Source: Octopus sinensis
Lineage: Eukaryota
DNA length: 64,000 nucleotides
NCBI RefSeq assembly: GCF_006345805.1
Contig: NC_043001.1
Location: forward strand, 11,842,001-11,906,000
Reading direction: 5' to 3'
Part shown: positions 39,477 to 51,210 of the stretch, piece after piece
Layout: each line of letters starts with the position of its first letter
Numbering within the stretch: the first letter of the stretch is position 1
Notes under the pieces: generated by a model
Told to the model about the DNA's origin: nothing
Database searches by the model: none
What the model saw: the letters and a program-made list of their open reading frames with translations, nothing else
Made by a program: the position numbers and the translations under genes

Positions 39477-39772
39477 CACGTAATCACGTGACCGACCAGA
39501 CCATCAGATGTTGTTACACATCGCTGGTCACAATGCGTTCGCATTGTTTTTTAGCCTTCGAATGACGCCACCCCGCTGGCTAAGCGAGCAGGCCAACAGA
39601 AGAAAGAGTGGTGAAAGAGTACAGCAGGGATCGCCAACACCCACTGCCGGAGCCTCGTGGAGGTTTTTAGGTGTTTTCGCTCAATAAACACTCACAACGC
39701 CCGGTCTGAGAATCGAACCCGCGATCCTACGACCGCTAGTCCGCTGTCCTAACCACTGGGCCATTGCGCTTC
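39477..39772 (-). mobile_element. SINE-C, tail variant A
   Basis: Matches 8804-9109. Confidence 0.9.
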
Positions 39773-39784
39773 CATAAAGCTATA

Positions 39785-42700
39785 TCTCTCTATATATAAA
39801 CGGCAGTTTGTCTGTGCGTGCTTCTGTGTGTCTGTTTTCTCGTACTCTCACCCTGACCACGGCTTTCAACCGATTCTGATGAAACTTGACACACACATAG
39901 CCCAATGTCATAATTCAAAACTAACGCAGCGAAAATTTTGAAAAGTTCCCCCAGTTCTGAAAAAAATTGATAATTCGACATGGGTCGAGAATCATAAACA
40001 TGAACCACAGACTGTCTAGGGGACGCAACTCGAGAATCTAAGCTTTTTTTATGCAACGCATTATCTATGGTAGTTTTCACAACTTGCAATCGATTTCATC
40101 ACCAAACTCATGGTGAAGCTTAATGTTACCCTAAGAAACTCAATTCTGACGTTAGTTTTCCATGCAATACCTTACCATCAGAAACAATCGATAAAATCAT
40201 GCCATTTTGGGAAATCGCGTTCAAATTCAAGATGACATATTTTCGACAATATCTTTCACAAATTGGCAGGAATCTTTTTTTTTTCACAACGAGCATCATG
40301 TCTGCTCCAAGGCTATATAGCTCTTTTTATTCCAATAGGATACATTATTGGAAAAAATCGGTTAATTTAATCATATGTGGCACACATAGCAAACAAATTT
40401 GTGTATTAAACACAAACCACTGTCTAGGGGACGCAACTTGACCTTTTTAGCTATCGATAATTCGATCCAACCAATTCCACCAGGAGAAATTACATTCGAG
40501 ACTTTACCCCCACAACACCGCCACTTCTGCTAATAGCTGCTGCAGCCGCAAGTTATTCGAATACTTTTTTGGTTTAAACTTTCTTTATAACTACCACCCC
40601 AAACGTTTTACCTTCAATTTTTGACGTACCCTAACGGTCCTCGGACGCTACTTGCAAACTCTTGGTTTATTATAAACCACTTTTGTCGTGTGCATCAAAA
40701 AACTTTTCCTTTCGTTTGTTCAGTTTGATCACTTTTGAACTTTTTCGTTGTTGTCACTCACATTGCGGCCAGCTTTTTGGCCGTTTTTGTACATTTTTAT
40801 ACGTTTTCGGATACTTACCCCACGAGCTCCTTTTTATTACACCTTTACCAAACACATTGCTATCCACCAAAATACTTACCCCACGTGTTCCTTTTTATTA
40901 CACCTTTGCCAAACACATTGCTATCCACCAAAATGCCACCCAAGAAGAGAAGGACCCTCCTCAGCCCTCGGACGGCCAAGGCATCGGCTGCCAGGGCTAG
41001 AAGGGCACGCGAGACCCACGAGGAAACCGCCTTGCGCCTCTCGCAAACAGCTTCCCGTTATGCCGCTGCTCAGGCATCTGAAACTACTAGCGACCGTTCT
41101 ACCCGACTTGCAAGGGTCGCAGCGTACCAGATCTTCCCTCCGCTCGAGGTTACGAAAGAGCAACAGTCCAGCCAAAACATGCGGGCTTCTTACTGTGCTT
41201 CCATCCGCAGAGCTCCATCCGCAGAGCTCGCGAGAACCCCGAACAAAGGGCCATTCGGAATGCGGCTAACGCCACTAGCACTGCCAGGACACGATCTGTC
41301 GAAACCTCACAGCAGAGGAGAACTCGCCAAGATGCTGACGCCGCAAACAAAGCCATGGCAAAGCTGCCGAAACCTCAACAGAGGAGAGCTCGCCAAGCTG
41401 CTAACGCCGCACACAGCCAGGGCTCGATCTGCCGAAACTCCACAACTCTGCAATCCCAGCTGCGACGAAATCACTCGCGAACTCCTCCCGGGTCATCTCA
41501 CACCCATCGACACGACATCGTTGCTAGGGTTTTCCGTCTGAATTTGGGCAATATGAAGGATTTGATAGTTAAGAGTCAGATTTTCGGGCATGTCAGGTGC
41601 CACATGTTTTCGGTCGAGTGGCAAAAGAGGGGCTTGCCACATGCTCACATCTTAATTTGGCTCACTCATAAAATCGAGACTAATGACATTGACAAATTCA
41701 TTTCCGCCGAGATTCCTGACCCCGATGAGGACCCCGGACTCTACGAAATTATCCGCACTACCATGGTACACGGGCCCTGTGGACCAAATTACGCCAACAC
41801 ACCATGCTACAAAAACGGATTAGCCTGCTCAAAGGGATTCCCTAAACGGTTCACTTTGGAGACTCAAACAGGCGGCGATGGGTATCCGCTGTACAAACGA
41901 AGGAGTCCAGCCAATGGAGGCCGCACGATTACGGTTGGGCGACATCAAGTGGACAACAGCTACATTGTCCCCTACTGTCCTCTCCTGTCGAAGATATTCA
42001 AAGCCCACGTCAACGTTGAGTTCTGCAGCTCCATCAGGTCAATACAATATGTCTGCAAATATATCAACAAAGGCAGCGATGCTGCCATGTTCAGCATCCA
42101 GAGGACCACCAGTCGCGACGAAGTGTCCAACTACTTGGCTGGCCGGTACCTCAGCAGCAACGAAGCGTTTTGGCGCATTTACGGCTTCCCGCTCCATCAG
42201 AGACACCCGGCTGTGGTGCAGCTTGCTGTACACTTGGAAAATGGACAGCAGATTTACTTCACAGAGCAAAGTGCTGTGCAGATAGCCACCAGCCCTAAAG
42301 ACACAACGTTGACTGGTTTCTTCAAATTATGCCAACGTGATGACTTCGCTCAAACGCTTTTGTACCCACAGGTCCCATCGTACTTCGTGTGGTCTAAAAA
42401 CACCTGGGTTCGACGGAAATCCGGCAAAAACGTCGAAAGCTTCCCAGGCGTCAAGTTTGACTCCTGCCTGGGTCGAGTTTACAACATCCCGCCAAACCAG
42501 CAAGAATGCTTCTACCTCCGTCTCCTTCTACATGAGGTCACTGGTCCAACAGGTTTCGCCAATATACGTACCGTCAATGGGGTTCTGTGCGACACCTTCA
42601 GGGAAGCATGTATGAGACTTGGCCTTCTAGAGGATGACTCCCAGTGGGACGCCACGATGGCAGAGGGTGCTTTACTGCAAACGCATTCGGCCCTACGACA

Positions 42701-44498
42701 TCTTTTCGCAATCCTTCTTCAAAAATGTCAGCTTAGTGATCCACTAAGTCTCTGGATGAAATACAGGGATGACATGTCGCACGACTTCTTACGTACGGCT
42801 CAGCAACACTGCCCTTCCGCCGAGATCACGTTCACCAGCTTCATTTACAATTTTGCGCTCATTCAACTCGAAGACGCTGTCATCGATATGGGTGGGTCTG
42901 CTTTAACAGAGTACGGCCTTCCACCACCCACACGTGAACACGCCAATGTTATGTCTGCTGAATTGTTACGCGAAACTTCCTACTGCATTGAGGAACTGCA
43001 CCAGTACGTCCAAGATAATGAACCACGGCTGCTTCCAGACCAGCGCATAGCCTACAACACCATCGTAGACTCTGTCAGACAGCAACGTGGGGGGATTTTC
43101 TTCCTTGATGCACCCGGCGGCACTGGCAAAACCTTCGTCACTAAACTAATTCTGGCAGAGGTCAGACGCAACACGGACATTGCCCTGGCTGTAGCTTCCT
43201 CTGGTATCGCGGCCACGTTGCTTCGGGTGGCAGAACCGCCCACTCTGCCTTCAGACTCCCGCTCGATCTGGCAAAGTCCGAGTCACCTATCTGCAACATC
43301 GCCAAGAACTCAGAACAGGCCGACATTCTGCGCAGATGCAAACTCATCGTATGGGACGAGTGCACTATGGCACACAAAGGCGCCCTTGAGGCACTGGACA
43401 GGTCCCTGCAAGACTCTACGGCCCCCATGGGAGGATTAACTTTACTTCTTTCAGGAGGCTCCAGGCAGACTCTACCTGTTATTCCAAAAGGAACCCGTGC
43501 CGATGCCGTGCGCGCGTGCCTTAAGTCGTCAGCTCTTTGGGCACATGTGCGGCCCTTGCACCTCCAAACTAACATGCGCGCGCAGTTAATTGGTGACAGC
43601 GGATCCGCTGCATTCTCCAGGGACCTCTTATTGCTCGGTGAAAATAGGATGCTGTCTGATGCGGATGGCTACGTTCAATTGGACTCACTTTGCACCATTG
43701 TCGACACCCCTGCTAGCCTCCGGGACGCTGTCTTCCACGACCTACAAAACAATTTACGCGACCTAAAATGGCTGGCAGGCAGAGCTATTCTCGCACCCAA
43801 AACTACAAACGTCAACTCCATCAATATCCAGCTACTTGAAGCTATTCCTGGTGATGTCCACGTCTACAAATCTATAGATAGGACAGCAGACCCCGCCCAG
43901 CTTGCCGATTATCCTGTTGAATTCCTGAATTCACTTGAACCGCCAGGCCTGCCACCACACATCCTGCAGTTAAAAGTCGGTGCGCCCATTATGCTCATCA
44001 GGAATTTGGTTCCACCTAAACAGTGCAACGGCACACGTTTGGTTGTGAAACATTGGCACCACATTTAATAACGGCCACAATACTTACCGGTTGTGGGAAG
44101 GGAGAGGACGTCTTCATTCCACGGATGCACCTTCAACCGTCGGGCACTGACCTACCAATCCACTTCAGGCGTTCTCAGTTTCCTGTTAAACTCTGCTTCG
44201 CAATGTCCATCAATAAATCCCAAGGCCAAGTCGCTGGGTTACATTTGGGCGAACAGTGCTTCGCCCACGGTCAACTCTACGTGGGCTGTTCACGCGTTGG
44301 GAGGCGCAATGATGTTTTCATGTTTTCGCCCAAACGGACAGCTAGGAACATCGTATATACAGAAGTATTCCAGTGAAGACAAGACATTGCAACGTCCACA
44401 TGCACCTTCGTTCCCTGGAGGGAAAGGACTACATTGGGATTAGTCGTTGCCTACTAGGGGCTCTTACATACCCGGGCAACGCCGGGCTATGCTGCTAG
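39785..44498 (+). mobile_element. Helitron, internally deleted autonomous-type copy with both termini
   Basis: A|TCTCTCTATATATAAA 5' end; cccgggcaacgccggg hairpin plus CTAG|T 3' end; RepHel coding remnant inside. Confidence 0.92.
40933..44376 (+). pseudogene. Helitron Rep (HUH) / PIF1-type helicase, frameshifted
   Basis: CNPS, DIVARVF, EWQKRGLPHAHIL, YVCKYINKG, DAPGGTGKT, VWDECTM (off-frame), NGTRL, QFPVKLCFAMSINKSQGQ, HGQLYVGCSRV. Frame changes near 41490, 43220 and 44050. Confidence 0.92.
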
Positions 44499-44499
44499 T

Positions 44500-44665
44500 A
44501 TTTAATAGAATAGGTTTATATGCGAACAGGTTTCTGGTTTGACACAAAGTTCCTACCTTCCTCAGCACGTCTTAACCCTTAGAAACATCTTCCCAGTCCG
44601 CCGTGTTGAAATCCACTGGCATCCTTAATCGCTTGGCCTAACCACTAGGCCATTGCGCCTCCACA
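44500..44665 (-). mobile_element. SINE-C-like head fused to unrelated sequence
   Basis: Reverse complement begins gtggaggcgcaatggcctagtggttagg, then diverges before the B box. Confidence 0.6.
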
Positions 44666-44776
44666 CATATGTTAATATACATGTTAATATATGTGTTAAT
44701 GTGCCTATTAGACACACATTGGGAACTAACGATTGAGTGTATTTCTGCTTCTGTTTTCATGTTTAACGTTAAGATA

Positions 44777-45179
44777 GGCGCAGGAGTGGCTGTGTGGTAA
44801 GTAGCTTGCTAACCAACCACATGGTTCCGGGTTCAGTCCCACTGCGTGGCATCTTGGGCAAGTGTCTTCTGCTATAGCCCCGGGCGAACCAATGCCTTGT
44901 GAGTGGATTTGGTAGACGGAAACTGAAAAAAGCCTGTCGTATATATGTATATATGTGTATATGTGTGTTTGTGTGTCTGTGTTTGTCCCCCTAGCATCGC
45001 TTGACTACCGATGCTGGTGTGTTTACGTCCCCGTCACTTAGCGGTTCGGCAAAAATTTGACCGATAGAATAAGTACTGGGCTTACAAAGAATAAGTCCCG
45101 GGGTCGAGTTGCGCGATTAAAGGCGGTGCTCCAGCATGGCCGCAGTCAAATGACTGAAACAAGTAAAAGAGAAAGAGAA
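44777..45179 (+). mobile_element. SINE-B
   Basis: Matches the consensus closely. Confidence 0.9.
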
Positions 45180-45477
45180 AGAGAAAGAGATAAGGAATAC
45201 AGACGGCCGTATCGATTTCGTTCCCGAGATAATGACGAGCTCATCAGCCGTAAATTGCACAGCGATTTGTAAGGCAGAAATTAAATATTTTAAAGATTGT
45301 ATTCGGAAATATAGTGTCATGACCGTTGAAGCAATTTCTTGAGCGTAAAATATTGAACATAATCATCAAACGTAAATCTTCTGCTACGGAAACAGTGTGG
45401 TACGATGCCGCCTTTAATATCTGATTGAGACAACTTATAAATCATTTGATAATTCTCACTTAGAAATCAAAGTTGAT

Positions 45478-45485
45478 ATATATAA

Positions 45486-45516
<31 letters not shown>

Positions 45517-45635
45517 TGTATGTATGTATGTATGTATGTATGTATGTATGCATGTATGTATCTATCTATCTATCTGTCAATCTATCTATCTATCTATCTA
45601 TCTGGCTATCTGTCTAGCAGTCTATCTATCTATCG

Positions 45636-45669
<34 letters not shown>

Positions 45670-45690
45670 ATATATATATATATATATATA
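45478..45690. repeat. (TATG)n-(TATC)n-(TA)n compound microsatellite
   Basis: Visible runs. Confidence 0.95.
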
Positions 45691-45755
45691 TTGGTAAAAA
45701 CGGTAACATAACAAAAAAAGAAAGAGACCTCAATATTATGTAAATAGAGGAATTT

Positions 45756-45940
45756 ATCTGTAAATATAATATGTGACAATCATTCAATAGCCAAGATAAA
45801 ACCCTGAGTTTCGGATGCCGAAGTGGAAATTAACAACACCAGATAACCGGAAAGATGATGTTGTGGATTTCTATCTCGGTATCCGAAACTCAGACTTTTA
45901 TCTTGGCCATTGAATAATCGTCACACATTATTTTACAGAT
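45756..45940. repeat. Imperfect foldback (~185 bp) with a degenerate hammerhead-like motif
   Basis: atctgtaaatataatatgtgacaatcattcaatagccaagataaaaccctgagtttcggatgccga pairs with tcggtatccgaaactcagacttttatcttggccattgaataatcgtcacacattattttacagat. Confidence 0.85.
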
Positions 45941-46092
<152 letters not shown>

Positions 46093-46360
46093 TAGAAATA
46101 TGTTACGAAAAGAAAATATAAAATGCGCGTGGAAATGTAAGGGTAAAATATGAAAAATCAACGAAAATGCATATTGCAAATAGAAAAAGGCTCATTTAGA
46201 TTGACTGAGCTAGTAATACGAGTCATACAGGTCATTATTATGAGATGATTATAAGATGATAATAAAGTAAGAGAACAAAACGTTTACGCGAAGGCTATTC
46301 ATCGTTTGAACAACACTGGTTAATATACGGTGTCAGGTCTAATAGTTCCTGCGAAAAAAG

Positions 46361-46450
46361 ATTATCTGTAAGGGAGGTAAGTAGTTCTGGATTATTTGTA
46401 AGGGAGGTAAGTAGTTCTGGATTATTTGTAAGGGAGGTAAGTAGTTCTGG
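46361..46450. repeat. 30-bp minisatellite, 3 copies
   Basis: attat(c/t)tgtaagggaggtaagtagttctgg at 46361, 46391 and 46421. Confidence 0.95.
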
Positions 46451-46487
46451 AATTAGAGATGTGAGTGATGTAGGTAGTGTATAGGGC

Positions 46488-47315
46488 TTAGTGTTCTGTA
46501 TTGAGTGGTGTGTTCATATATAGTTGGGGGAGAAATTTGTTGATGAAAAATGTCTCTTTATTCAGTCTTTGTTGCATTGTGGTATTCTGTGAGCATTGGT
46601 AAAAGGGAAATATTTGGAAATTGGGATTAAGATTCCTGGCACATCTTTCTATGTGTACACTCACCTTTAACTGTCTGTATTGTGGGTGACGGATTTGCTC
46701 TTTGTGAATGGTGATTCTTTGACGGAGCGAAATTCCTGTTTGTCCAACATAGAGTTTACCACATCCTATGCATGTCATGACATTGATTACATTTGCTGAG
46801 GCGCAGGTGAAATTTGATCTGATCTTAAATATTTCCCCTTGTTTGAATTGGAATTCTGAACCCTCCAGAAGGTGGAGGCATGTTCCACAGTTAGAACGTC
46901 CACATTTTGTCACTTTTGGCTCAATAGTTAGTGGGTAAAGTCTAGCGCTGGTTAATATTCTTTTCAGTGACTTTGGTTGCTTTTTGCTTTTTAAAATTTT
47001 GTATGAGTTTAAAATTTCGTTCATTGTTTTGTCTGTTGTGAAGTTGGGAAGGTTTTGGGTGATGATGTTGAAGGCTTCGTTGTTTCTGGGGTTATGTGTG
47101 GAGATGTACGGGAGTATATTTAAGCCTTGTTCAGTATTTCGGCTAGTTTTCCTTAATCTTTATATATCTATTTCCTTAGCTCTTTTGATGCCTTCATTTA
47201 CTAATGAGATTGGGTAGTGTCCTTTAGTTAGTGTACGTCTACGTTCAAGGAGTCTATGTTCACGAGTGTATGTATCGGAAACTATGGTGCGGATTCTTTT
47301 TGCTGGGTTAAAGAG
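46488..47315 (-). mobile_element. 5'-truncated Penelope-like element (RT thumb + Cys-rich linker + GIY-YIG endonuclease), Neptune-like
   Basis: [71 protein letters not shown]. Confidence 0.88.
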
Positions 47316-47317
47316 TA

Positions 47318-47396
<79 letters not shown>

Positions 47397-47407
47397 TGTA
47401 TATAATA

Positions 47408-47453
<46 letters not shown>

Positions 47454-47475
47454 ATATGTATATATATATATGTAT

Positions 47476-48416
47476 ATATTTAAAAATTGAGGGAGATAAA
47501 TTAATATTAATTTTAATATCAATTTAAAACCAGTAGTCCAGCATTCAAAAAATCTGAGGAGTCAGAGAAAATTCAAATATATGTGTATATTGGCAGGGCT
47601 GGCCTGCTAGGTAGCCGGCCAGAATGCTAGAAGAAGATCATCAACGATCAAACTACAAGGGAAAATTCTCTAGAGGAAGAATTCAGCGAACACCAGAACC
47701 AACTTTGACGGGCAGGACATATGAAAAATTAAATAAATAACAGACTTAAATGCATACCTCGGTTTCGGTCTTAACAAAAAATTCTTCCTCTGAATTTTCC
47801 CTTGTAGTTTGATCGTTGATGATCTTCTTCTAGCATTCTGGCCGGCTACCTAGCCGGCCAGCCCTGCCAATATACACATATATTTGAATTTTCTCTGACT
47901 CCTCAGATTTTTTGAATGCTGGACTACTGGTTTTAAATTGATATTAAAATTAATATTAATTTATCTCCCTCAATTTTTAAATATTTAAATAAATACGTTC
48001 CCTAGTTGTAAGCACTACCCGCAGTGAATTATTCACTGCAGCCCTTCGCTTCAGGAGTCTCTCAGCGCGCCAGAACCAAGACATTTGAAATTTTATTCCC
48101 GATGTAATCAGTAAGACTAAGCACGTGTCTGTCTTGACACAGAGAGCTGGGGTTAGTCTTGCGGTTTGCATCTCGAGGACCGAATGTACTGATGAAGTCA
48201 CGGACACTTGAATTATGCAAGTAATTCTTTTGTTAAGACCGAAACCGAGGTATGCATTTAAGTCTGTTATTTATTTAATTTTTCATATGTCCTGCCCGCC
48301 AAAGTTGGTTCTGGTGTTCGCTGAATTCTTCCTCTAGAGAATTTTCCCTTGTAGTTTGATCGTTGATGATCTTCTTCTAGCATTCTGGCCGGCTACCTAG
48401 CAGGCCAGCCCTGCCA
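47476..48416. mobile_element. Inverted plus partial-tandem pLTR-like cassette with no ORF
   Basis: 47476-47682 is the reverse complement of 47781-47984; 47591-47779 is the reverse complement of 48228-48416; direct repeat period ~544 nt. Confidence 0.85.
48183..48258 (+). ncRNA. Type I hammerhead ribozyme motif
   Basis: Stem I aatgta/tgcatt; CTGATGA 48189-48195; stem II gtc/gac with an A.C mismatch at its base; GAAAC-cgag-GTA. Confidence 0.75.
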
Positions 48417-48428
48417 TATACATATATA

Positions 48429-48479
<51 letters not shown>

Positions 48480-48549
48480 TACATATATATATAGGTAAAA
48501 AGCAACAAGAATGGATTAAAATCTCGGTACGATCGCTTCGTACGAGGAC

Positions 48550-48581
<32 letters not shown>

Positions 48582-48582
48582 G

Positions 48583-48652
<70 letters not shown>

Positions 48653-49152
48653 TATATACGACGTTAAAATAATCTCCCTGTGCAGAATACTTAACTAAAT
48701 TAGCATCAACAATCATTTGAAACTTTGGTAGGTACAGGGCCAACAATTTTGGTGTAGGGGTAAGTTGCTTCCATCGACCCAATTTTCCAACTGGAACATA
48801 TTTTATCGAACCCGAAAAGAAAAAAATGAAGGTAAATTTTCCACAGTCAGCCTCAGCAGTATTTGAACACAGGACTTAGAGAACTTTTGCGCGGAGTGCT
48901 AACGGCTCTGCAAGCTCGCCACCTTTTGCACGTGGTTCAATATTAAAAAATAAGTTTTGTATAAATATCGATGAAATGATTTTAAAAAGTTTAAATGTAG
49001 GCGAAGCCATCTGGTTACGAACTAGTTCTACTCCGGGACATCTTGCGTAGCCATGGTCTTCTACTATAGCCTCGGATTGACGAAATCATTATGAATCCGT
49101 CGAAGGAAACTGAGTGGAATCCCTATATATATATATATATATATTTTTTTTT

Positions 49153-49568
49153 CTCTCTTTACTCTTTTACTTGTTTCAGTCATTTGACTGTGGCCATGCA
49201 GGAGCACCACCTTTAGTCGAGCAAATCGACCCAGGACTTATTCTTTGTAAGCCTAGTACTTATTCTAATGGTCTCGTTTGCCGAATTGCTAAGTTACGGG
49301 TACGTAAATACTCCAGCATCGGTTGTCAAGCAATTTTTTTTTTGGGGGGGGGCAATACAGACACACAAACATACACATACTCATACACACACATATATAT
49401 ATACATATATATGAAGGGCTACTTTCAGTTTCCGTCTACCAAATCCACTCAGAAGACTTTGGTCGGACCGAGGCTATAGTTGAAGACACTTGCCCAAGGT
49501 GCCACGCAGTGGGACTGAACAAGGAACCATGTGGCTTGTAAGCAAGCTGCTTACCAAACAGCCACTCC

Positions 49569-49570
<2 letters not shown>
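49153..49570 (-). mobile_element. SINE-B
   Basis: Matches the consensus. Confidence 0.85.
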
Positions 49571-49629
<59 letters not shown>

Positions 49630-50123
49630 ATGTGTGCGTTCTTGTGAGTGTATATGCGCGAATGAGAGAGAGAGAGAGCGAGAGAGATAGAAAGGGAAAT
49701 TATGTTTGTCCCTCATTATTGCGTTTTCTGTTTTATATCCCGTAACGTGGCGCTGCGATGTAAGATATATAACAAGAATATAAGTACGAGAGTTAAGCCA
49801 TAAATTTTGGGATATATTTTTTTCGACTAGCCATTTCAAGGCAACATTCCAGCATGGCCACAGTCTATTGATACGGATATATACAGATAAAAGATAGAAG
49901 ATATTAGATGAAAGAGAACGCATATACGAAATGCCTTTCCAATAATACTTTACCGCAGCGACTGGTATTCTTGCGAGTTTCTTTCACTTTATATATACCA
50001 GAAAATATATTCTGAAACTGTATATGTATGTGTGTGTGTGTGTGTGTGTGTGTATGTATATATATTCCTCTATTTACATAATCTCGAGGGCTCTTGCTTT
50101 TTTTTGTATCTTACCGTTTTTAT

Positions 50124-50161
<38 letters not shown>

Positions 50162-50227
50162 TATATATATGCGTTTGTGTAAGTGTTCAATGCATAGTGC
50201 ATATATATTAAACTAGAGGGACAGAGA

Positions 50228-50270
50228 CAGACAGATAGATAGATAGATAGATAGAATAGATAGATAGATA

Positions 50271-50320
<50 letters not shown>

Positions 50321-50345
50321 GGATAATAGATAGATAGATAGATAT
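50228..50345. repeat. (GATA)n microsatellite
   Basis: Visible run. Confidence 0.95.
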
Positions 50346-50642
50346 GTTGACAGATAGATACTGTAGATGTGGATATATATACATAACACACACACATACA
50401 CACACACTCATATATATATATATATATATATTATGTGAAATAGAAAGATGAATAATCTTGTCGTAGATTAATCAAAAGTTTAACCGATACCTTAGTAGCA
50501 AAAATCACAGCAGTGAACAGCACGGTTGGAGGTACAACCATCTGGCGTTGCAACCGTGCGTTGGTGCGGATAATTGAAATTAAAACATTATTGTGAATTG
50601 AAGAAATGGAGCTGAACGCAGATTGAACAGAAATCGTTTTAT

Positions 50643-50728
50643 TTCATTCTACACGTGTTTCGAAAGGCACAAATTACCAAAATCCGATGAATAATGGGAC
50701 CATATTGTGTCTTTCTCTTCAGGAAGAA
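50643..50728 (-). ncRNA. Hammerhead ribozyme, left-arm copy
   Basis: Mirror image of 51124-51210. Confidence 0.8.
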
Positions 50729-51123
50729 AAAAGGAAATCCGTTGGAAAAACAAAAACAGAACAGAGGCAGAGCAAAAAACAAATCGAACTGTGCTCCTAA
50801 GAGCCCATGCGAAACTGTTTATCAGTGTATGTTGAGAACCGGTGGCTGAAGAATTCAACAGGTCAGGCATCGGTCAAACATGTGGGTGAGGTATAGATGT
50901 TCTTTGTGACCGAGAACTAGTCAGAACTTTATTCTCGGTCACAAAGAACATCTATACACCCTCACCCACATGTTTGACCGATGCCTGACCTGTTGAATTC
51001 TTCAGCCACCGGTTCTCAACATACACTGATAAACAGTTTCGCCATGGGCTCTTAGGAGCACAGTTCGATTTGTTTTTTGCTCTGCCTCTGTTCTGTTTTT
51101 GTTTTTCCAACGGATTTCCTTTT

Positions 51124-51210
51124 TTCTTCCTGAAGAGAAAGACACAATATGGTCCCATTATTCAATCGGATTTTGGTAATTTGTGCCTTTCGAAACACGT
51201 GTAGAATGAA
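51124..51210 (+). ncRNA. Hammerhead ribozyme, right-arm copy
   Basis: ttc CTGAAGA(51130-51136) gaaagacacaa..ttgtgcctttc GAAAC ACGT GTA gaa; stem III palindrome ACACGTGT. Confidence 0.82.

Noticed and set aside
40748-43575. Overlapping alternative-frame and antisense ORFs within the Helitron
   Set aside because: Shadow ORFs of GC-richer coding DNA or frameshifted parts of the same RepHel protein.
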